A stretch of 64,000 nt of DNA from positions 248,001 to 312,000 of the forward strand of contig JAXLNO010001705.1 of assembly GCA_038087875.1 (NCBI GenBank). The letters run 5' to 3'. Positions 51,631-63,772 of this stretch are shown in pieces. Below the pieces are notes generated by a model. That model saw only the letters and a list, made by a program, of their open reading frames with translations. It had not been told where the DNA came from and did no database searches. Position 1 is the stretch's first letter. The number at the start of each line of letters is the position of its first letter. This stretch comes from Malacoraja senta. Taxonomy: Eukaryota. The position numbers were made by a program, and so were the translations under genes.

Positions 51631-54600
51631 AAATAGTAAGATTAAATGAGAACTTTGAAGTTTGATCTTTATTTTATGAGGAGTTACGATGAGCGATTAC
51701 GTGAAGAAGGCCGTCAGCCCGCATGCGCGTCAATCTTCAAAGCTGCGGTGTGAAATCACAGATAACAGTAGTTGACCTGAACATAGTAAGATTGGAAAGA
51801 ACTAGAACTACCAGATGACCTTCATAATATGAGGGTTGGGAGCGGTGGGCACGTAATCGCTCATCGTAACTCCTCATAAAATAAAGATCAAACTTCAAAC
51901 TGGTAAGTTCTCATTTGATCTTACTATTTTACTTCGGAGTCACGTGAGTGACTTACGTGAAGACTTCAAAGCTCTGTGATTTCATGCCAGATACGAGTCC
52001 AAACGTCACACACTGCATCAATTGACCATGGATGAGTGAAAAAGATTAATGCATTCAGACATGACATAGTTTGTTAAAAATGCTGATGCTTTAATCATCA
52101 AAGGAAAATAATAGTGACCCCTCCCATCCTGGGGGGAAACTGTGAAACAGAACATAAATGGAATTTGGCAAACACCCCCGGTCTGGCAATGGGTTAATAT
52201 AAAATGTTGGAAAGTTCGTTTCTTTGACCATCCTGCAGCCGCTAGGATGTGGTGTAGTGGAACGTACATAACCCTTGCTGCTGCTGTTGTAGCAGCCCGA
52301 GTGGAGTGAGATTTGAAAATATTAGTTTCTACTCCTTCATAAGCCAAAACCCGTCTTGACCACCTGGAGATGGTCTGGATTGATACCTTTTATGAGGTTT
52401 TTAGTAACTAACAATCATTGCTAGTGCAGAGCCTCTAAGGCTCTTGGTGACCTTGACGTATTGGTGTAAATGTATGACCACACACAACCAAAGGTCCATG
52501 GGGTATGCCATGAGAAATTGTTTGGGACCTGATGCCTCTGGTCTGCTCTGCTTAACTACATCATAAACATAAAATATTATTCATTAGCAGATGTAACCAT
52601 CCTGTCCAGTCGCCATTAAAGTAGTGGCTGGACCCGTTGCGCTGAGACCAGCGCCATGAGCATAACCACTTTGTAAGTGAGTTTGGCCAGGGATAGAGAT
52701 GTAGCTGGGCCCCACTGGCGAAGCAGTTTTAGCACAATGCTAACATCCCATATCTCCGAGTACCTGGACCTGGGAGAATTTGCGTTAAAGATATCCTTTA
52801 TAAATCTGGATATCAGAGGGTGAGACCCGACAGAGTGGGTCCCGATTGCTGCAGAAAATATGATGAGAAGGCACGTTGGCACAGTTAATGGTACTAAAAC
52901 TTAATTAATTGTCAAAGACCCATCTGAAAAATGAACTCCGAGACGTTAGTTATCCGTGCCGTATTATATGTAACATTGGCATTTAAACAAAACAGTTCCC
53001 ATCTCCTGATGAGGTAAATGTACTGCTTTTTCGGTGCTATCCCTGCACTCTGCAGTGAGCACGTACACAGATTGGTCTGGCAACCCGAGCCGCCGGAACG
53101 GTCTTCGCAGAGTCTGCAAGTTCATAAATTGATTTTATCCTGCAGAGGATGGTTTCCCAAGTCACGGGCTTAACCAGCAAATGTTTTGTGTTTAGGATAA
53201 CCATATAAGGTCCTATTATCATTCCCAACGTTAGCAGGGACCATGGCTGCATAGGCCAGTCAGGCAGTACCAAATGCCTGAAGCGAGATCTTGCTGGATT
53301 TTGTGCAAGACCCGACTAATGAGACAAAATGGAGAAAAGACAAAAAGAACATTCCTGCGCAGTGTAGCGAGAATACATCTATTGCCACTGTGCCACATAT
53401 TTTACAATTGATGATTGAGCCTGGATGTAAACATATTGATATTCGGTGTTCCATCGAACCACAATGTCATTAAATACTTTGTGATACAACATCCATTCTG
53501 TGTTGTCATAGATTTTACGTGATGATACACCAGTGCCAAATGAGGTTAGGTAAATTATCACAGGATATTTAATTTAACTGCACCCATGATTAACATATGC
53601 CACCACCATAGTGTATCAACTTGGAGTTGAGCATGCAGATTAGGCATATTCGCACAATAAACTTTTAACCCAAATAATACACCTAGTGTCTATAGGTAGT
53701 TGATACCATAACTGAAGAATTGGTAACTCATGCAAGTCCCATCCGCCTCCGTAACTAGAGATGGTATTCGTAATTTTTCATCTTTGAGCACTAGCATCAG
53801 TTTATAAAATAACTGAAGAGTTACTGAGCAAAAGTTACAGGAGCAATGTTGAATACAGTTCTTCCACCATTCTGACTTTGATAGCTTCAGCTGGTAAAGG
53901 CATAGGTCTGTTAATAATGCCCAAAATGGCACTTAAGAGGTTACTCCTTTGCATGTTTCTGATAATGCAAAGGTCCAAAAGCACAGCTGAAACACAGCCA
54001 CTATATTGCCAATTACACTTGATGAATAGAGGCTGCTTCATAACAACAAAGTTGATACAGGCTTTTATGAATTCCAATCTCTTGCCCCAGGGCAGACTCA
54101 CAGCCAAATTAATAGAGTTAAAGGTAAATCAGAATAATCAATAACTCTAGTTGGTATCAACTTAAATTTAACTGGATGGCTGAGAAACCCCAATTTCTCA
54201 AATATAATGTGCGGCTGAATCAGTTAATTTTAGCAAAATACAGCGTTTAGAATATCATGCAGTTAGGCCATAACAATTGTGTTTGAGCACTGAGCAGCCC
54301 AAGCACCGGTTTTTAATAATTTGATAAATAGCCTGGGACTGAAGTTAGCATATTTTGCAACGCTTTAACTGTTATCATTGCCCCATCCAGCTAAATCTCA
54401 AATATCTCCGGTGATCCCTGTGAAAGAGAACTGAATAGTATCTTTGAGATCAATGCATGCCATAAAGATCCTATGGAAATCAGTTATTAGAGGGTAACGA
54501 AGTTTGCTATGCTGAAATGTCTATACTGCACATGCGAGTTAATCAAGGATGAACCGACATCCTGCACCTTACACAATGATCAGGCCACGCCTGCCATAGT

Positions 54601-56036
54601 TCTGAGCCTGCCTTGAAAAAACACTCTGGTCATATTGCTGAGCCTGTGTCGAAAGGAAATCCTGGCCATAATACTGAGTCTGCCTTGGAAGACAACTCTG
54701 GCCATAATTCTGTGCCTGCCCATATTTCCGAGCCTGTCTCAAAAGGCAATCCTGGCCATAATACTGAGCCTGCTTCGAAAGACAATTCTGGCCACAATTC
54801 CAAGCCTGTGCAGTATAAACTAATCACATGTTCACATTGTCATTTGTACAAAAAATAAGTGTAAATATTACCACCTTGTAAATGGTCCACATACCCCATG
54901 TTTCGGAAAGAACCAGACCCACCTACCTTCATGGTTACCGGTGGTCTTATGGTAAGCCCAAAGTCCCCTGATGCGGGTTCTATTTCCGTCCTTGATTGGA
55001 GAGTAGGGCTGGTAGGGTACGTGGATTCCATATTTTTCCTGAGACCGGCTTGGGCCTTGGCCTGAAAGACGTCTGCCCAGCTTGCACGCTGCCACCAGCT
55101 TCAGTGAACCGTTTACTGCCGATGGAGGCGTGGGGTGTGTTGTCGCCAAAACGATGAAGCTGTACTCGTCGAACCTTGATTAGTTCCACAGCTGTTGCTT
55201 CCTCATGCAGGTCTTACCTGTTGGATAGGCTTACCTGAAGAGAAGATTCGGCGGCTGGTTTCATTTCCTGGGTTTTCATGCCCCTCCAATGTCACCCCTG
55301 ATAGCGCTGTTCACTGCCGGCACTGTCAGGAACCAACTCTTCCTGCAGCGCTCCTTCGTTTGCGAGGATGTCGCAACCCTGGATGCCACGACAGACATTT
55401 CTTGTACCTCACATATATACTCCAGTATGTTCCACGGACATACTTCCGAGTTTGGAGTCAGTTACACACTGACCCCTCGCACTCCTCTCCATTGCGAGGG
55501 CGATAGTAAGCAGCCCTGAAACAGGTGCTGCTGCAGGCCCCCGAGGAGACCTGCGCTGATAAGGCCCCTCCACAGACCATATCCTTCGTACCTCGTGGTA
55601 TGCTCCCCGGCTATACCTCCGAACTCCGAGTCAGACAAAACTGACCCCGAATGCTCTCCTCCTCAGAGACGGAGACACTGTGCAGCCCTGTAACAGGTGC
55701 TGCTGCCGCGGCCCCCCCGAGGAGACCCGCGGTGATATAACTCCCTCCATTGGAGAATACCATTGTGGAGCACCTCTCCATCAGGTGCTCCATGTTGGTT
55801 TAGACGTCCGAAGACGCTACCCATTGAAGGAGGGGATCCTCTCCATTAAGAATCCTCCTGCCCGACTCGTTTGAGTCAACGGGCCGTACAGACTTTCTCT
55901 GTGGCTACCCTTCCAAGCGGGGTTGCCAAGGTGCTACTGGCACCAGTCTGAAGCCGCTGGCTCCACCGCCAGCGACTCGGAAGGCGAATTTGACCGCCTT
56001 CTTCACGTAGTCACTCACGTGACTCTGAAGTAAAAT
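51631..56036 (-). mobile_element. DIRS1-type tyrosine-recombinase retrotransposon, full terminal architecture, decayed ORFs
   Basis: YR motifs FKSHSTRAATT...ILAAAGWS..TF and HPLISRF..IFN..P..RY...WDV..VL. ITR cores at 51698-51716 and 55991-56009 (18/19 match). The ICR at 51850-51962 is complementary to both termini and joins them at TTT. Confidence 0.88.
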
Positions 56037-56459
56037 CTTTCCCCTCTCACGTTAAAGCTGTGCCCTCTAGTTTTAGACTCCCCTATCTTGGATCACAGGT
56101 ATAGGCTGTGATCATGCATCTTATCTAAGCTTTCCATGATTTCATAAACCTCCATAAGATCATCTCTTGGCCTCCTTCACTCCAGGGAAAACTGTCCCAG
56201 TCTATTCAGCCTGATCAATCTGAAGAAGGTTCCCAACCCCAAAGGTCTTCTGTCCATTCCCTCTGCCTGACTCCATCTTACTCCAGCACAGTTTTTGCTA
56301 AAGGTTCCAGCGCCTGCAGTTTCTTGTGTCCCCAGCCGATCCAATGTCACCTAACAACTCAAGCCTTCCAATCTTGTAGTATTTCACTTGTGAATATTAG
56401 GTTTAGCGGGACAGGCAGCATCTCTGGAGAGAAGGAATGGGTGACGTTTCGGGTCAATA

Positions 56460-57245
56460 GACAATAGACTATAGGTGCAGGAGTAGGCCATTCGGCCCTT
56501 CGAGCCAGCACCACCATTCAATGTGATCATGGCTGATCATCCACAATCACTTTGGATCAATCAAAAGGAAACACTTTTTCTCACATAGAGTGGTGTCAGT
56601 GGAATTCTCTGCCTCAGAGGGCGATGGAGGCAGGTTCGCTGGATACTTTCAAGAGTGAGCTAGATAGGGCTCTTAAATAGCGGAGTCAGGGAATATGGGG
56701 AGAAGGCAGGAACGGGGTACTGATTGGGGATGATCAGCCATGATCACTTTGAATGGCGGTGCTGGCTCGAAGGGCCAAATGGCCTACTCCTGCACCTATT
56801 GTCTATTGTCTATTGTCTAATCAGTTCCCCGTTCCTGCCTTCTCTCCATATACCTTAACTCCACTATCCATAAGAGCTCTATCTAACTCTCTCTTGAAAG
56901 CATCCAGAGAGCCAGCCTCCACCGCCATCTGAGGCAGAGAATTCCACACACTCACAACTCTCTGTGGGAAAAGTTGTTTTTCATCTCCGTTCTAAATGGC
57001 TTACCACATATTCTTAAACTATGGCCCCTGGTTCTGGACTCCCCCAACATTGAGAACATGTTTTCTGCCTCTATCGTGTCCAAACCCTTAATAATCTTAT
57101 ATGTTTCAATGAGATTTCCTCTCATCCTTCTAAATTCCAGAGCATACAAGTCCAGCCGCCCCATTCTATCAACATAAGACAGTCCCGCCATCCCTGGAAT
57201 TAACCTGGTGAACCTACGCTGCACTCCCTCAATAGCAAGAATGTC
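56460..57245. mobile_element. CR1 3' fragment (-) with a second CR1 3' end (+, about 56550-56818) nested inside it
   Basis: The minus copy breaks at CACAATCA and resumes at AATCAGTTCCCC. The insert ends in the (ATTGTCT)3 tail. Confidence 0.75.
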
Positions 57246-58151
57246 CTTAACATTGGAGGATTCAATGTTCATACTATTGGGTTGTAAGCTTTGTAAATGT
57301 ATTAAAAAAATTATCTCTAGTGTGTGTAGGATAGTGTTAATCTGTGGGGATCACTGGTCGGCACGGACTCGGTGGGACAAAGGGCCTGTTTCCATGCTGT
57401 ATCTCTTAACTAAATTAAACAAAATGGAGTACAATAAATTAATCTGAATGTTAATCTGAATCCTATGTTTAAAAAGCTTGGAGACAAATGATTAAATAGG
57501 CTTGGCAGAGAGGGATATTCTTAATGTGGGCAAATGGGATTAGTGTAGTTGAGTAAATTGCATGAACCCAGTTTGCCAAAGAGCTCATTTCTGTGATCAT
57601 AGAGATATAGAGTAGTGCTGCACAGAAACTTTTCCTTCAGGGAACCTTGTCTATGCTGACCATGATCCTCATCCGCACGACCCCATTTGACCACATTGGG
57701 ATCTCATCTCTCTACTCCTTTCCTACCCATGTACCTGGACACCCCTACCCTGGAGAAAGGACTCCAACTATCTATGCTGTCTATGCCCCTCATGATCTTA
57801 TTATCCTTTATCACCCTTCTTTCAGGCAACATCCTGGTGAATCTTTTTTGTCCAATTATAAATATACGACAATATTCAAGTGTGGAAATAACGTTTGTGT
57901 TTCTGTTACTTTATGTGGAAATCCTCACTTGGATTCCAGCCTGTAATTCCCGAGTATCTGTTGTTGTAAACCCCCAAATCCCTGGATTAGATCCCACCCT
58001 GTTCCCAGATACCTGTATCTGTTTTCATATCGCTGACCAACTTGCAATCAGCTGCTATCTCTGTGTAGGGTTTGTGATGTTCTATTTCTTATATTTTCAG
58101 TTTTTATTTCACTCTTGCCCTGACACAAACTGTTTATTTGTTTATTTTCAG

Positions 58152-58210
58152 GATTTAGAGAAAGATTTGAAGACCGATTGGCCAGATCTGTCTAACAGGA
58201 ACACTCTTTG
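58152..58210 (+). CDS. RNASET2-like: RNase T2-family exon (DLEKDLKTDWPDLSNRNTL-W)
   Basis: TTTATTTTCAG| acceptor and TG|GTAATG donor; 59 nt, phase 0 to 2. Matches the DL..(E/D)..YWPD...FW segment of RNase T2. Confidence 0.85.
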
Positions 58211-58379
58211 GTAATGGTTTGTGCTGATGGTGAATAAATCCCCAGGGGCTGACCAAATATATACTTGCACCTTGTGAAAAGCTAGAGTAGAAATTATGGA
58301 GCCCCTTGCACAGATATTACCAGAATAGGTAGGAGGAGCCATCTTGAGGAACGGCTGCAAAACAGCAGCCGTCCGTTAA

Positions 58380-59352
58380 TTGTACTTTTTTACCAAGTTT
58401 TTAGTTTTCTTTAAGTCTTTGTTTTTTATTTATTTTGCCTTTTGATGTGGGGGGAACAAGGGGAAATCACTTCCCGGTACCTACCTGGTCGGTGAGGCAG
58501 CCTTCTCTCCGGCTGCCCAGTCGACCCGTCCTCGCGGCCTACCAGCGGGCGTGGAGCGGCGTGGAGCGGCGTTTCCCGACGGGGGCCGCACAGCACCCTC
58601 AGCTTCGGTGGCGGCACGGCGCTGGAGCGCTACTGTGCAGCGGAGCGGGCGATGCCTTGCCTGGGACCGACGCGCTGGAGCTCCGGTGAGCTGGACCGTC
58701 GAGCTCAACACCTCCGGGCTGCGGGACTGTGGAGCGGGCGGCGGCGCCGACTCCAACACCGGGAGCCTTGAGCTCCAAATCGGCACGGCCTTGTCGGCTT
58801 CAGGTGCTGCGGACGCCTGCGGGAAATCGGCCGTTCCAGCCGTAGTTGCGGCCTCCGGTGAGGAATGCGGCCGTTCAGGTGGCCCAGCTGCTGGAGGACT
58901 CTCCCGACGCCGGGGCTACATCACCCGGTGAGAACGGCCAGGATCATCCGGCCTCCGTAGAGGCAATAGCGGGGGCTTCATTTGGCCTGACTGTTTGGGT
59001 GAACTGGGGCTGGGGACTGGACATTGTGCCTTCCCCCACAGTGGAAATCATTGTGGGGGGATGATTTTTGTATGTAATTGTTTGTAATTGTATTTGTTGG
59101 TCTGTGTTCAAGATGGAGGTCGGAGGGGAGAGTGGACGCTGGCGCGGTTTCGTTGCCGCTGCTCTCTCCTCAAATTGTGCTTCTGATTTTCTTTTTTGTG
59201 TTTTTGGAAGGAATTCTGTCCCTGATTTGTGTATTGGTCTTTATAACTTATTTTTTAAAATTCTGATTATATGTTTTCTATAAATCTCTGTAAGGTGTCC
59301 TTGAGACCTCGGTATAAGGCGCCCATAAATAAAATTCATTATTATTATTATT
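58380..59352 (+). mobile_element. GC-rich non-autonomous retroelement with an L2-type 3' end and (ATT)n tail
   Basis: Ends TGTAAGGTGTCCTTGAG...AGGCGCCCATAAATAAAATTCATTATTATTATTA. The body is CpG-rich with no recognisable protein. Confidence 0.5.
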
Positions 59353-61169
59353 AGATTCTTTAGGCACAGGTGAAGTTCTGGGTGGCTAATGTTGTACTGT
59401 TATTTAAGGGCACCAAGGACAAGCCAGGGACACTGGCGAGTGAGCCTGCATCAGTAGTGGGTACGTTACTGTAGGTGATTCTGAGAGACTGCATTTACCA
59501 ACAGTTGATAGATTAAGACTGATGAGGGATAATCATGGGAAATCATATCTCACAAATCAGACAGAGTTTTTTAAAGAGGTGACCAAGAGGATTGATTGAG
59601 GTCAAAGATCGTTGTCTATGTGGACATTTGTTAGGCCATGACAAGTTCATAAGTGATAGGAGCAAAATTAGGCCATTCAGTCATTCCACAATAGTGACCC
59701 AGCATCGATCCCTGTGGCACACCACTGGTCACAGATCTCCAATCTGAAAAGCAAGTCTTACACCCTCTTGCTCTTGCCATCAAATCAATTTTCTCACCAA
59801 TTGGCTAGTTTGCCCTGGATCTCATGTGATCTAACCTTCCAGATAACTTGCAAAGCGATACCTTGTCAAAGGCCTTGCTGAAATCCACAGGCCACACTGC
59901 CCTCATCAATCCTCTTCATCACCTCTTCAAAAAACTATCGTTCATGAGGCACGATTTCCCACACATTGCCATGCTAATCAATCCTTGCATGTCTAAATGC
60001 AGCTATACCATGTCTCTTGTGTCATCTCCAATATCTATCATACCATTGATCTTAAACTCACCAGTCTGCAGTTCCCTTCTGTCATCGGGCCACCTACATT
60101 GTCCTCGGACTAATTTGAAACATACTACAGCACAGGAATAGGCTCCGGTTTGAAGAAGGGTCTCGACCCGAAACCTCTCCCATTCCTACTCTCCAGAGAT
60201 GCTGCCTGTCCTGCTGAGTTACTCCAGCATTTTGTGTCTATCTATGCGAATAGGCTCAACAGCCCACCATGTCTGTGCGAACCATATTTTCAATTTAAAC
60301 CAATCCCATCTGCCTGCACAAGATCCATGTCCCTCCATTCCCTGCCTGGTCACATGTCTGTCTAAATACCTCTTAAATGTATTGTATCTACTTCCACGGA
60401 AGGCACAAAATGCTGGAGTAACTCAGCTGGACAGGCAGCATCTATGAAGAGAAGGAATAGGTGACGGTTCTGGGTGGAGACCATTCTTCACCATCTACCT
60501 CCACCATCTCCAGGCCACATGTTCCCTACTATTCTGTGTAATAAAACTTCCCTCATAAATCTATTTTACGCTCTCCCATCTGACCTTAAAGCTATACTGC
60601 CTAATATATGACATTTCCATCCTGGCTATCTACCCTATCTAATTCTCTGATAATTTTATTAAAAGTTCCTACCATGATCCTTAAGGTACAAACTAGTTCC
60701 CAACATCCTGTCTGAAACGCAGTCCTTGACCATTACACTGTGCTTCTTCCACTGCATCGGGCAATGTGTTTCAGATTCCAAATACTCTCTGTTGAAAATG
60801 TTATTTGTCAGATCTCCAAATCATTTACCGCTTCTCCTAAATCTGTGCCATCTAGTTTCCTCCTGTCCACTGCCTCTTACTCTCATAACTTTGTGTAAAT
60901 CCATCAGGCCCCCTTCAGCCTCCTCAATTCACGCGAAAACTCTAACGCTGTCTGTCCAGTCGCTCCTCATAACTCAGATGCTCAATCCTAGATCAGAATT
61001 ATACAGGACTCCAGGAGTGGCCTGACCAATATTTAAAGTTGTAACACCGTTCTTATTGAGTGCCTGACAAATGAAGGCAAATATTGTGCACACCTGTGCT
61101 GGCAACCTTGTGTACTGCACACCTGCAATCCTTGGTTTTAAACACCAAAGTTTGGCTGTTCAATGGTTG

Positions 61170-61450
61170 AGGGTGGCACAGTGGCACAACTAGTAGAGCT
61201 AATACCACACGGCTCCAGCAACCCCTGGTTCAATCCTGGTATCTGCTGCTGTCTGTGTTTGTACATTCTCCCCGTTATTCTGTGGGCTTCCTCAGGGTGC
61301 TCTGGATTCTTCCCACATCCAAAAGATGTGTGAGGGCCACATTAATTGGCTGCTGTAAATTGAGGGGGAGAATCTATGGGGCAATTGATCATAAAATGGG
61401 TGCTTGGTAGTCAGTGCAGACTCAGGAAGCCAAATAACTGACTGTCCTGT
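61170..61450 (+). mobile_element. Degenerate V-SINE (HE1-like)
   Basis: GGCACAGTGGCACA...GGTTCAATCCTG (A/B-box-like) followed by the ATTCTCCCCG...GGTGCTCTGGATTCTTCCCACATCC core. Confidence 0.6.
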
Positions 61451-61494
61451 GTTGTATCTTCATACTGTATGAGTCAAATCTCCAACCCACTGGA

Positions 61495-61695
61495 TCCCCT
61501 CCCACAGACACTCTCCCCACCATTCTCCACCCCTTCAACAGACCCTCCCCCCCATCACCCACTCTCCCCCACGCTTTCAACGGACACCCTCCCCTCTCCC
61601 ACGAACACTCTCCCCCATCACCCACTCTCCCCACCCCTCCCCTCCCACAGCCACTCTCCCCCATCACCCACCCTCCCCACTCACTACTCCCCTGC
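61495..61695. repeat. C-rich low-complexity tandem repeat (ACTCTCCCCC/ACCCTCCCC units)
   Basis: Seen directly. Confidence 0.8.
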
Positions 61696-61794
61696 CTCAG
61701 CCCGTTGCACCCAGTGCCAGGCAGGTAGGGCCGTCATGTGCACACCACATGCACACCCTGTCCTTGTGTACACACTGTGTTGTATACACCACAT

Positions 61795-62200
61795 ACATAG
61801 ATACATAGATACATGGAAATTAGGTGCAGGAGTAGGCCATTCGGCCCTTCGAGCCTGCACCGCCATTCAATATGATCATGGCTGATCATCCAACTCAGTA
61901 TCCCGTACCTGCCTTCTCTCCATACCCCCTGATCCCTTTAGCCACAAGGGCCACATCTAACTCCCTCTTAAATATAGCCAATGAACTGGCCTCAACTACC
62001 CTCTGTGGCAGAGAGTTCCAGAGATTCACCACTCTCTGTGTGAAAAGGTTTTTCCTCATCTCGGTCTTAAAGGATTTCCCCCTTATCCTTAAGCTGTGAC
62101 CCCTTGTCCTGGACTTCCCCAACATCTGGAACAATCTTCCTGCATCTAGCCTGTCCAACCCCATAAGAATTTTGTACGTTTCTATAAGATCCCCTCAATC
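61795..62200 (-). mobile_element. CR1 3' end
   Basis: GLDRLDAGRLFQMLGKSRTRGHSLRIRGKSFKTEMRKNLFTQRVVNLWNSLPQ plus 3' UTR. Confidence 0.88.
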
Positions 62201-62634
62201 TCCGAAGGACATGCCGAAGGACACCCAATATCAGGAATGTTTCATCCTGCATGATGGGTCTCCTACTTTTCCTTGAGGCAGCTTCCCTATTCCCTACTCG
62301 CCAGCCTCCGTTGTCCCACTTGTGTCACTTAGGGGAGAAGTCCAAATGTCGTTTAAATCTATCTCTACATGACCTCTGTCAGCTTGTTCCATAAATGTAG
62401 CACCCTCTGCTCCCCATCTCTCTCAGGAAGCCTTTCCTGCTTTTCTGAGCAATGTCCATTGCCCTGAGCCCTTCCTCTGCTTCACCATGTGATGTTAATC
62501 CATTCGTATTGGATGTCCTGCTGATGTAGTTCCTGAAACCACATACGCCATTCAGCCCATTAAACCTGTCCTAGCCCCATAGTTGAGTGGGTTCAATCAA
62601 TCCCTAGTTTCTGCACGTCAGTTCCAGATTGCTG

Positions 62635-62900
62635 GCTGCACAGTGGCACAGCGGGTAGAATCACTGTCTTGGAGATCCAGTGACCCAGGTTCGATCCTGA
62701 TCTCGGGTACTGTCTGTCTGGAGTTTGCACATTCCCTGTGGCTGATGGATTTCACCCAGGTGATCCAGTTTCCTCCCAATTTCTAAAGTCACCTTGATGG
62801 TGCCATTGAGTTGTGTAAGCATCGCTGCAGTAATAGAAGAATGAGATTGTAGAGGTTGCGCTGAGAACTAGTATAGACTGAATAGGCCCAATGGCCATCT
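62635..62900 (+). mobile_element. Degenerate V-SINE (HE1-like)
   Basis: GCACAGTGGCACAGCGGGTAGA...GGTTCGATCCTG...GGAGTTTGCACATTCCC. Confidence 0.65.
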
Positions 62901-63772
62901 ATTCAGAAATTTATAGAGACTGGTAGAGTTATACAGTACAGAGACAGGCCTTTCAACCCACTTAGCCCATGTTGCCAAAGTGCCAAACTAAGCCAGTCCC
63001 ATTTGCCCATATTTGATCCATATCTAGAACTTAGAGTCAAAAGAGACTTCAGTGCTTGACTAAAAATCACTGCTGGATAAACTCAGCGTGCCAGATAGCT
63101 TCTGTGGAGGGAAATGGACAAATAATGTTTCGGTTCCTGATCTTTCTTCAGACTGGAGAAGGGTCCTGATCCGAAAAGTCATCTGTCTACTTTCCCCATT
63201 CAGATACTGTCTGGTCTGCTGAGTTCCTCCACCAACTTGTTTTTAACTTCCTCTAAACATTTTCTATCCTAATGCCTGTCCAAATGTCGTTTAAATCTAT
63301 CTCTACATGACCTCTGTCAGCTTGTTCCATAAATGTAGCACCCTCTGTGTGGAAAAAGTTGCCCCTTAGGTCCCCTTTAAATCTTGCCCTCTCACCTTAA
63401 ACCTATGCCCTCAAGTTTTAGATAACTGGGAAAACAGTGACTTTATTTCCTTCTTCGCTCCAGTGAAAACAGTCCCAGCCTATCCAGTCTCTCCATATCA
63501 TTCAAACCCTCCCAGTTACATCCTCATGAATCTCTTCTGTACACATTCCAACTTAATTACAGCGTTCCTATAGTTGAAATTGTTCCTATATATTTAGTTG
63601 GAATTATTCTTATAGTTGGGTTACTAGAGCTGTGCACAAGAGTCCAAGTGTGGTCTCACCAACAATGTCTTTGAAAGAGAATTTCTGTTTCTCCTTCAAT
63701 TCATCTTTCAGCTCTGCAACTCTTGAGAACTCTGCATATTGAAACATTGCTGATCCTAATCTCTTTCCACAG

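Noticed and set aside
57687-58214. 175-aa hydrophobic ORF as a transmembrane exon
   Set aside because: T-rich intronic and polypyrimidine sequence. Only its last 20 codons (the RNase exon) are meaningful, and there is no Ig TM motif.
58426-59064. Overlapping GC-rich ORFs on both strands as a host gene
   Set aside because: Stop-poor because of GC content, and they lie inside a retroelement-like unit with an (ATT)n tail.
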